A program made the translations under genes and the position numbers. From NCBI GenBank assembly GCA_043228905.1, contig JBHGNT010000001.1, forward strand, positions 9,858,001 to 9,922,000: a DNA stretch of 64,000 bases, read 5' to 3'. Position 1 is the first letter of the stretch, and each line of letters begins with the position of its first letter. The notes beneath the pieces are model-generated. The model was not told the origin of the DNA, searched no databases, and saw nothing but the letters and a program-made list of their open reading frames with translations. The DNA is from Azolla caroliniana (lineage: Eukaryota > Plantae > Polypodiophyta). Positions 13,096 to 23,213 of this stretch are shown in pieces.

Positions 13096-15017
13096 ATGGC
13101 TAGTCGGTCCAAGATCTTCATAGACTTTGATGCAGATTGGGGTGAAACAATACCCTATGAAGGGAGGTATGGCATGAATCATTTCTCTACTTTATATTGT
13201 GTATAAATAATAATGTTTGTGTGCTAACTTGAATGTTGGTTTAGGGTTTATGTAAGAAAGGGTGTTAGGTGCCCCAAATCCAATGATACGGAGGCTGAAA
13301 ACATCATTACTCAAGACTCGAGCATGGATACGAACCCCATGCATGACGTGGGTCCAGGTGTTGAAGATATCAAAGTAAATGGTGAGTTTATGTCCATTCT
13401 TATAATCATTATTGATGTAAGCATATTTTGGGTTTTTCTAATGCAAATGTGACACCATTGTTGTAGTGGACCCTATGTCCCTCTTCAAGTGTGGAAGAGA
13501 CTCAACAGGTATCAAATGTCGCACCTGTATTGTGGGAGATTCGTGTAGAAAAGAGGGGAGATGGTTTCGAAAAAAAGCGGACATGGAGGCCCATTTACAG
13601 AAGGCACATGGCATCCATGTAATACTGCCTCGGGGGCTAAAGATAGACGAAGAAGAGCAATCGACCTCCATGAGGAGTACAGCCACATCATTCTTCAGCG
13701 AATACGAAAGACAACGATCAATAAATCGTTTTTTGGATCCGGAGCTCAAGTATAATAGATCACGCCAATCACACATGAGGAAGTTGAGGACAAGAGCAAT
13801 AAAAATCTTCAAAGCCACTCCGGACTCACTTCGAACATGCAAGGAGGCTGATTTCATTGCTCAATTCGTTAGCCAACAAATGGCCAGGTATGACGAGGGA
13901 AAGGAGCATAGGATGGCAAAAGTGAGGTTGAAGATTGCGGATGCGTCTAAAGATTATGTAAGTATGGTTTATGATTTTGTGTGCATCTTATGTGAGTTTA
14001 AAACTTATGATTATGTGTGAATCTTATGTATGAATTGTAGTGTAAGAGTCATGGAATTCCCATACCAAAGGATGAGGCACATGTCGAGATCGATGGTGGT
14101 CAAGACCAACTGTCAGAATCGACAATGCAACAAGCAAGGAGGCCGAAAATCCAAATCCGCAGGAAAGAAGTGGACCCATGTAATTCGGAGTTCATTACAT
14201 CATCAGACACAGATGAGGATGCAGACATTGGGATTGTCTTTGTTGGTCCAGGGACAATCTCGAAAACATGGGATAACTCTGCAAGAAATAAGTTCACCAG
14301 GTATGTTGTTATGCTGGGGGCATGATATCAATAGTTAACATCATGTTTGTTTAGTAGTTACTAATCTAGCCTAATAAACAGGTATCAGGTGGCATGCCGA
14401 CGACTGGATGTAGCGGTCTTCTTGTCGGAGATACAATTATGTTCGTTGATCACAGTAGGGGAGATGGCATCCACATGGATGATAACCCTCTTCCTGAAAG
14501 ACGTACTCACTCGTGTTCCTGAAAGGGATTATGTCTTCATTCCAATATTGAACGCAGGGCATTGGGTGCTTTGGTTGAAGATGCGACAAACTCCTACGGG
14601 TCTCGATGCCAAGGTGAGGAGCCCAATTATATTTTGTGATCCACTAAATATTCATCCGACTACCAGGGTGCGGACATTGGGTGATTTGGCTATACGACAT
14701 ATCTCGAGTCGGACACATGACCATTGCATCATCAACAACGGGCAATTCCATGAATTGCGTATCCCAACCCAACCTAATTGGACCGATTGTGGGTATTACG
14801 TGATGCAAACAATTCGCATGTTGGTCGAGGAGTTGATTCAAGGATTTGAGTCCGATCAATTTGTAAGTATTTATGAGATTTGAATTTGAGCATTTGTTTT
14901 TGTTTTTGTTGATGGCATCTTCAATTGTAGGGTAAGGAGCAATGGTTTGGATTCGAAGACGTGGAGCTCCTTCGGAAAATCATGGCAAAATGGGCACGAA
15001 GGACTTTGGGCATATGA
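13096..15017 (+). CDS. Transposon-borne C2H2-like zinc finger + Ulp1-like (peptidase C48) protease, 6 coding exons, 508 aa
   Basis: Exons 13096-13166, 13245-13381, 13467-13957, 14041-14300, 14382-14862 and 14931-15017 total 1527 nt, all GT-AG, in frame, with no internal stop. Finger: CIVGDSCRKEGRWFRKKADMEAHLQKAH. Protease motifs: FIPILNAGHWVL, IIFCDPL, PTQPNWTDCGYYV, F..EDVELLRK. Confidence 0.85.
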
Positions 15018-15039
15018 CTACGTGGAGTCATTTTGCAAT

Positions 15040-15395
15040 GGTTGTATATGACTCAATGTAAATCATTTTGGTTGTATATGAATCTCATTTTGGTTGTAGA
15101 TGACTCAATGTAAATCATTTTGGTTGTATATGACTCAATGTAAATCATTTTGGTTGTATATGAATCTCATCTTGGTTGAATATGAATCAATTTTTGAATC
15201 TCATTTTGGTTGTATATGAATCTCATCTTGGTTGAATATGAATCAATTTTTGAATCTCATTTTGGTTGTATATGAATCTCATCTTGGTTGAATATGAATC
15301 AATTTTTGAATCGCATTTTGGTTGTATATGAATCTCATTTTGGTTGTGTATGAATCTCATTTTGGTTGTATATGAAAATCATTTTGGTTGTATAT
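15040..15395. repeat. ~22 bp-unit tandem array (CATTTTGGTTGTATATGAATCT) just after the ULP gene stop
   Basis: More than a dozen degenerate copies are visible. Confidence 0.9.
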
Positions 15396-15536
15396 TGGAA
15401 TTGTTTTGGGTGTCAAAAGAATAAGACTAATAGCTTATTGACAAGTAGTGAAGGCAATGGTTTTTGAGAAAGGCCAATAAAGAGTAAGTATATAGAAAGA
15501 GTGCTTCGGTCCTTACGTAAAGAATACATAGTAAGA

Positions 15537-15756
15537 CATAATGTCAATCCATTTCAAAGACATAATAAGACTCAATGTCAATCCAATTCAAAGACATAAT
15601 AAGACTCAATGTCATTCCATTTCAAAGACATAAATAAGATTCAATGTCAATCCATTTCAAAGACATAAATAAGACTCAATGTCAATCCATTTCAAAGACA
15701 TAAATAAGACTCAATGTCAATCCATTTCAAAGACATAATAAGACTCAATGTCAATC
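15537..15756. repeat. 33-34 bp tandem array (AATGTCAATCCATTTCAAAGACATAA[A]TAAGACTC), ~6.5 copies
   Basis: Head-to-tail near-identical units directly abut the truncated transposase. Confidence 0.9.
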
Positions 15757-15786
15757 TTATGACTAAGGTTAAAAATCGGGAGTGCC

Positions 15787-16875
15787 ATGACTAAGGTTGA
15801 TTGGGCTTTGATCTTGCATCATGCCTATGCACTCCGAGATCTTGGGAAAGTGGCACATGTTCAACCCTACCTGCATGGTGAACCAGGATCTCCCGCCATA
15901 CAACCATTTATCTTGATACTTCAAGATCAATGGATGTTGGAAATGTGTGAGCGGTTGACCCTAAACAACTCTTGGGCAATCGACTCGACATTTAAAACAA
16001 ACCAATTTGGGCTACCATTATATGCTGCAGTTGCCCCCAATGCCATGGGAATTGGGATCCCATTATGGTACATGCTTTGTAGTTCTGATAAGGGGTCAAA
16101 CCATGAGCAAGTGGCATTAGAAACTTGTTTGAGAGTCATATTCGCAAGGATGCCCACGGTGAGGCCAAATGCGATAGTGATCGATAAATGTTGGACGTCA
16201 TATAATGCCATAACTAATGTGGTTGCAACAGACCGTCAATCTTGGATTGTTGTAAATGGGCAACGGTCCCAAACACATTTGTGGTTTGACATGTGTGTGG
16301 AGGAAACTTTGGCCCAAGTTTGGTAGAATGTTCAACTATGGACATGTTGACACTACCAATATTGTGGAAAGACATTGGCAGTTTATCAAGTATACTGCCT
16401 TGAGGGGAAGAATAAACCGATCAATTACCGACCTTCTACATGTCTTAATCGGGGACAGTGAAACTGGCACTTGCATAGGAGGAACGGTAATAGAGTGGTA
16501 CAAGCAACGACAAGAAATATGTGAGAGTGGTCGGTTTGCACCTCGTGCGAATTGTAGGGATCAAAGGTCTCGACTTAAAGAAGCAGAGAGAATATTGGAA
16601 AGGTATGTCGAAAATAGACATCTCGCAAGAACTTATTGGCAACAACAATAGACATCTCGCAAGAACTTATTGGCAGCTCCCCAAACACTTCCAAATCCCA
16701 CTCCGGAAAATTACAAAGAGGTGCTAGTCGGGCTAGGAGGAGATTGCCATTGGTTGACCATGAGAAGGTTCGGTGTTTGCGTTGCAATGGCTTGACCTTG
16801 ACTTCAAGGGACTCAAATGTTACATGTTGTAAAAATTGTGGTTGCATCTTGCAATCATCCCGACATGAGCCATAA
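15787..16875 (+). pseudogene. MULE transposase remnant (5'-truncated, internally deleted, frameshifted)
   Basis: WAIDSTFKTNQFGLPL (first D) and RPNAIVIDK (second D) share a frame; after a frameshift near 16280 comes DTTNIVERHWQFIKY (E). The expected CxxH segment and SWIM finger are absent. A CxxC...CxxC tail lies in ORF 16636-16875, and there is a 33 bp-period duplication at ~16613-16675. Confidence 0.85.
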
Positions 16876-17039
16876 TCTTAATATGTATATTTCAATTTAG
16901 GGTTGTCAACATCTGACATTTTAATATTTTATGTAAGACTTGTTATTTGAACCTTTACGTTTTTTTGAGAAATTTTATGGTCAGTTTCATGGAAAATATT
17001 TGTTGTACACTTACAATTTTGTGGAGTTTTTGATGTTTG

Positions 17040-17215
17040 TTGCTACAGAGTCGGGCTCCTTCTTACTAATGTGATCTGACAGCGGGGCTCCTTCTGACAG
17101 AGTCGGGCTCCCTCTTGCATAGGCTGTTTGACAGCGGGGCTCCTTTTTGACAGAGTCGGGCTCCCTGTGGCAGAGTCGGGCTCCTTTTCGTAGAGTCGGG
17201 CTCCTTCTGACAGAC
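17040..17215 (-). repeat. Right subterminal repeats (GAGTCGGGCTCC, the inverse of the left motif)
   Basis: Copies at ~17048, 17100, 17153, 17173 and 17193, plus GCGGGGCTCC variants. Confidence 0.85.
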
Positions 17216-17229
17216 GTTGTCAGCTTTTT

Positions 17230-17345
17230 ATCCATCTTGGACGGTGGAGATCGAACGTGCCATCAGCGATGTGACCTGCACCGTCCCTCTCCGCGATTCC
17301 CTCACTTGCCCTCTTTAATATTTTTGGTAGCAGTTAGTCACGAGC
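17230..17345 (-). repeat. Right TIR of the MULE
   Basis: Reverse complement of 11434-11547. Confidence 0.93.
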
Positions 17346-17482
17346 TACATACATACATACATGCATGCATCCATCCACATAAACATGGGCATAGATTTGT
17401 AATTTGCAGGTTGCGTTCTGTTCTCTGTATAAATATCTGTAGCCGTCTTGATTTCTTGTCTGACGCTGACTGGGGCCTGGCT

Positions 17483-19491
17483 ATGGCTTCTTCTCCTTCT
17501 CCCAAGAACAGGGTTTCTGTCGGAGGTACGGATCGCGACGGCCACGTAGCTCATTTGAAGCAGAGGCCCCTGACATGGAATGCGGAGGAGGACGACGATC
17601 CGGACGAAGAGATCCCCCCTCTGTTCCTGGGATTCAACCAGGACAGCACCCGCCTGGCGTGCGGCACAGAAAGAGGCTTCCGGGTCTACGAGTTATGTGG
17701 AGGCCCCATCCGAGAGTATGCGAAATTTGAGAGCAGCCGAGGTAGAGGCGGAGGAGGGATTGGAAGAGTGGAGCTCATGTATGATCGCGGCTTCGCAGCC
17801 CTTGTCGGGGGAGGGACCCTCCCTGCATACCCTCCTCACAAGGTCATGATGTGGGACTTCAGCCAGGGCCGGTGCACGGGTGAGCTCTGCTTCAAGTCTC
17901 CTGTCCGCTCCGTCAAGCTGCGAATGGACAAACTGATCGTGCTTCTGGAACTCAAGGTCTTCGTGTATGACTTCGAAACTCTGGGCCTCCTCTTCTCGGC
18001 AGAAACCCTGCCGAATCCCAAGGGCCTCTGTGCTCTCTCAGCTGCTACTTCTTCCCCCTTTGTTTTTGCTTGCCCAGGAATGTGCAAGGGCGAGGTTCGA
18101 GTGGAGCAGCTTCGGCCACGGAAGCTCGAGAAGAAGATGACCAGGGATACCACCATGATTGCTGCACATGATTCACATCTTGCGTGCATTGCTCTCAGTG
18201 TCGACGGGCGCCTCCTTGCCACTGCGAGCAACAAGGGAACCCTTATTAGGATCTTTAGCACATTCGATGGCACTCATCTTCAAGAGGTATATGTTTCTTC
18301 CCTCTGTATCCCTGCAAGGCACGAAGTCTGTGTGGAAACTCTCAATGGGCTAGTGTGGTAGGAGATGGTCTCACCATTGATGTGAAGGCAAACTTTTTAT
18401 AAGTTATGTAACCAGAAAAGTAAAGCATTATTAGGGAGCCAAAACCTATGCCTGAAAGAGGGTAAGTTGAAATGCAAGAATTAAGTGTCTCATGTATAGT
18501 TTGTGGTATTGAGATGGAGCAAATGTGACCTTCAGGGTATTGATTGTCTATGATAGGGAAAGGAGCCATTTGGTCTATATCTTGAAGTGCAAGAAGCTGG
18601 AATATTAAGTCAACACTATTCCTTGAATGAAGTTGCAGAGTACTGTATCTGAAAATTTAGTGTACATTTGTGGTGCATGTTTGGTCAAACATATGGATAT
18701 GGTAAACATTTGGAACTCATAATAGAGGACTTGGAACCCTGTAGGCTAATTTGCTAAACCGGTTTGATATATCATCATGGACTGTCACCTATCGACACCT
18801 AGCAATTTTATTCAGGCACATACATGATGTTTCTATTGAAAGTAGATAAGACACTGAATTTGATCGGTTTCTTTTCCTTCCCAGCTTCGCCGAGGTGCCG
18901 AAAGGGCGGAAATCTACAGCATTGCTTTTTCTTGGAATGCATATTGGTTAGCTGTTTCGAGTGACAAGGGTACTGTCCATGTATTTGGTCTCCATTATGA
19001 GAACACTCAGACCAATGGCAAAAATGTAGCTGCAGCACTGATGAATGCTAATCCCGGATCCTCATTGTCATTTATAAAAGGTTAGTTATGGCATTTTATA
19101 TAGGTTTCTGTATTTTTTATGAATGCGTAACTAGATCAACATGACTAATCATCTTCATTTTTGTTTTTGCAGGTGTACTACCCAAATATTTTAGTTCAGA
19201 ATGGTCGTTTTCTCAGTTTAGGCTTCCTGAGGAAATCAAATCGATTGTAGCATTTGGAACTGAAAAGCATTGTCTTTATATTGTAGGTTCTGATGGCAGG
19301 TAAAATGCTGGTTTCCTTGTCTCGGTAATATTGATGCTTTGTGTGGTTGCCTGATTTTGGAGCTAAATCATGGCATGTGTGTATTTCCAATATGTAGCTT
19401 CTACAAGTGTGTCTTTGACCCTGTGAATGGCGGAGAGATGGTGCCGAAGGAGTACGTACGATTTCTGAAGCTTGGGAATGAGATACGATGA
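17483..19491 (+). CDS. ATG18: Autophagy-related protein 18 (PROPPIN/WIPI WD40), ATG18a-like
   Basis: Exons 17483-18286, 18885-19080, 19173-19299 and 19398-19491. Motifs: FNQDSTRLACGT, NPKGLCALS, IAAHDSHLAC, LATASNKGTLIRIF, the QE|LRRG phosphoinositide motif, SSDKGTVHVF, LPKYFSSEWSFSQF. Confidence 0.95.
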
Positions 19492-21131
19492 TGATCCATG
19501 GTTTATTTTTAGTTACCAATACATTTAACGTCCATGTGTTGTTCAACCTTACAAAACTTTTATGGGATGGTGGTGCTCAACTTATCCTCCCTATCCTGTA
19601 TATGATCCTTCTCCTCCTTGTAAATAGTGAGCATTGTAAAAAGAAATTCATTTAATTGGAAATGAATATAATTGTGATTTTATATGTATTAGAGTTGCTG
19701 TATCAACTTGGTGTGAGTTACCTCCCGATCATCCATTTCTTGTCATTTCTTGTTGGCAATTCTACACTTAGTGTTTGCAAGCAAGTTGTCAATTTACAGC
19801 ATGCAACCAAATGTTGAGGGACAGGTGTATTCAAGAAGACTGGCATAACAGTTTTGTGAGCAATTGCAGATTTACAAATTATGTGGCTTTGCTCTGTTTA
19901 ATGATCAAAATATGTTCATTTTCAGGTGAGAATATTCGCCGCCAGTGTTTTCTCATGCACTAAGAAAAAATTATTTTATGTACAATCATTCCATTCTTTC
20001 CTTCGTTGCTTGATCCTACTACATATTGGGAAGTGACAAGCGTGGCTGCTTGAATGCATGGTCACACAATGTATGCCTTGCATCAGTTAAATACTACATT
20101 GTCCTCGCATGGTTTAAATGCCATCTTCAACTGTCTATCATACTAAATATATGTACGTGCATATGTGTGTAGCAGGAAATGTCAAGTAGTATTAGTAGAG
20201 GTTACTACATCCACCTTAGTACACAAATGATCTTACCAAAAAAGGTGAAATGTTGAAAAACAGTGACAGGAGTGAATTGACGCAGGAAAAAAAAATTAGT
20301 CAGTTGACTGCAGCGGATAACAGTACCAAAACTTTTAACTGTTTTAAATTATATATAACTAGGTAAATCTTGAATTTTTCTTCAGTCTTGTTGTTTCCCC
20401 AAGTGCCCACTTTGCCAACTATTCTGGATATATACGTGCTATTTAGGCAATTAATTGGTAAATTCATCATTTTCTCTCTTTCTGGGATTGACAGTGGAAT
20501 AGGCATGCTTGGAAGATATTGAAAACATCGAGATGGAGGTTTTTCTAGTAAATAAAACACCTTTAAAGCGGACACAAAGAAAACAAAAACATGAGTAAAA
20601 TCTGCCATCTGTTCCCACTTCAGTCTCGAAAAACATTTTAAATGCAAGTCCAAAACATTTAAATAAACAACGACGCAAACATATAACTGAAATCTTCACA
20701 TTTGAAAACATTCAAATCTCCATTCTTGAATGTCTAGGTAATACAACATAGACTACTAATTAGATGAATTGTATTGAAACAGGTGCTGAATGTTAGCCAA
20801 TTCATGGATGGATCAGTTTTAAAGGTCCACAAGGATTTTTTGCAATGTTGGGAGGCAAACCATTTCTCTTCTCTTTTACCTGTTCCACATCCAATCAACC
20901 AACCAATAATATATGCACTCAAAGTCCAAGGGCCAAGGAGCAATCAGAAGTGTTTGTCATGAGTGAAAACCACAAACTATTATCATTCTACATTTGAAGC
21001 TGATGCACATGCAAGCGACAAATCATCTTTCCTGTGCTTTTTGCAGTTGAATAAAGCTTAAGATGATGATGGCCCAAGCAGCTCGCAAGATATCTCATTA
21101 TTATTTGTCTCAAAAATTCTGTCCCACACCA

Positions 21132-23213
21132 TTACCATTGGTATCGAATAGCTTTTCCCACTTTGAAGAAATGTTCCACGTTCTCCTCAGGGGTGCCCAA
21201 CAGTACACCATGGCCAAGATTCAAAATGTGCTTTTCCTGTCCAGCCTTGGCCACAGTATCATGGATTCTTTTCGTAATGTAATCTTTTGTGCCAAACAAA
21301 ACGCCTGGATCAACATTACCTTGCACTGCTACCTCAGAACCCAATCTCTTCCGGGCCTCAGCCATGTCTACAGACCAGTCTACACTCACAACATCTGCAC
21401 CTGCTGATGCCATTCTCTCAAGCAAGCCACCACTTCCACTTGCATATAGAATGATGGGGAGACTTGGGTGTGTCCTTTTAACCTCAGTGATGATTTGCTT
21501 CAAGTAAGGCAAGCTAAAAACCTCAAAATCTGCTGGACTTAGCTGGGTTGCCCACGAGTCAAAGATTTGAACCACCTGTGCTCCATGATCAGCTTGGTAT
21601 TTAATATACCTTGTGATTGAATGTGTGAGCTTCTGTAGTAGGGAATGAAGAATCTGTGCATGCAGTACATAAACTAAGTCTTAAAGCAAGTTTTCCACAA
21701 ACTATCAACTGAACAGAAAATTATTTCATAACACAAACTGACCTCTGGAGTTGAAAATGCGAAGTGCTTGATGTGTGTATAGTTCTTCGAGGAGCCGCCT
21801 TCGACGATGTAAGAAGCCAATGTGAATGGAGCACCAACAAACCCTAGAATTGTAGATGCATTGCCAACCTGTGATCGAGATTGAGCACACATAAATAAGA
21901 CTATACAGCCAGCTTCCATTTTATTACTGCCATCATCACCACAGAAACAATATGACATGTGAGCACATGCACACACAAGATGCACATACTCACTTCAGCC
22001 TTAAGAGCCCTGAGTGTATCACCAACATAAGGAACAGCTTCTTCTGGAACAAGATCTGTGACCTCCGCAACTCCTTCAGCATTTCGTATTGGTTTGTGGA
22101 TAATGGGGCCTTTACCTTTGATTATATCAAAGGGAATGTTCATACCAGTTAGAGGAGTGAGGATATCAGAAAACAAAATCACCTGTGTAACAACCAAGGA
22201 GGGTCTTTCATGAGCTACCAGAGAAATTAGTTAAACAAAGGTGCAGGACCTTACAAGCATTTTCAGCACATTGTTTTACCATATTTTCAATACTGTACAC
22301 TCACTCCATCAGGCTGGAATTTTTTCCATGGCTGCAGAGAGATCTCAATCGAAAGTTCAACATTCTCGGACCTCTCTCTGAAGGAGGGATGCTTTTCGCA
22401 TAGATCTCGATATATCTATCCCCATAAACATGAATCAATGGATGCTGGTGAAATAGCAAAATATATGATTATTGAGAGCCAGACCGCCAATTAATTAGCC
22501 AGTTACCTTCATGTATCTGCCTGCTTGTCTCATCAACCAGACAGGCGGTCGATCCACCTTCTCGCCTCTGACAGCTCGTAACAGCAGAGGGTCTGTGGAC
22601 TGTGCTACAGCAACTTTCTCGGTGCCCAGAGACTCTGAGCAATTAGAACATTTAGAACACATTTGCCCATGAGAAATTAGGACGTATTAGACTTCTAAGC
22701 TATGACACCTCTCGTAATGATGTCAAGGCAATTTTTTATTTATTTTTGATAAAATCACACAATTATATTAATTGCATGTAAAAAAAACCCTATTACAACT
22801 TGTAAGTCAACTTTACATATCTACATAGAGAGATACATATTTATATCATTACAAACCATGAATATGTCTCTCGACATCCCCTAACCTTTCTTATCAGACC
22901 AAATGACGAATGTGATGTCAAGGCAAATTTCACAATTCATCACTAATGAGTGCTTTTGCTTTGTAAACAGATGATGTCAAAAACCCTAACATTAAAACAG
23001 CAGGACACATGAAAACATCTCTTTTGTGCAGAAGAGACGAGAACTGGCCCGAGGAGGAGTACCTGTTGCGAGGGTCTGAGCAAGGGAAACGATGCTACTG
23101 CCGCGCCGTGAGAGCCTGAGAGGAGCTAGGGTTTCAGCATGATGGTGAAGGGAGGAAACAGGGGTGGGAGAAGATGATGAGCTGTGGATAGTAGGGCTGC
23201 AGAGGAAAGACAT
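21132..23213 (-). CDS. HEME: Uroporphyrinogen decarboxylase, plastid, 6 exons
   Basis: Exons 23213-23063, 22634-22507, 22415-22305, 22182-21994, 21868-21743 and 21653-21132. Motifs: [63 protein letters not shown]. Confidence 0.97.
22732..22919 (-). mobile_element. 5'-truncated non-LTR retroposon (LINE/SINE 3' end) in UROD intron 1
   Basis: T-rich tail at the left end; direct repeat TGATGTCAAGGCAA at 22718-22731 and 22913-22926; a second copy lies at 53367-53558. Confidence 0.7.

Larger units (their letters stand above)
11434..17345 (+). mobile_element. Mutator-superfamily (MULE) DNA transposon, ~5.9 kb, defective transposase, carries a ZF-ULP protease gene
   Basis: TIRs at 11434-11547 and 17230-17345 are near-perfect reverse complements (CTAACT.CTACCAAA..TATTAAAGAGG.CAAGTGAGGGAATCGCGGAGAGGGACGGTGCAGGTC...CCGTCCAAGATGGAT). 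TACATACAT flanks both sides (11425-11433, 17346-17354). A MULE DDE domain lies inside. Confidence 0.93.

Noticed and set aside
15537-15756. 33-34 bp repeats resembling a CRISPR array
   Set aside because: The units are head-to-tail with no unique spacers, there are no cas genes, and the context is eukaryotic.
17147-17482. 112-codon N-terminal extension of ATG18 starting inside the transposon end
   Set aside because: It starts at TTG, has no ATG before 17483, and reads through TIR and microsatellite; most likely a chance open frame.
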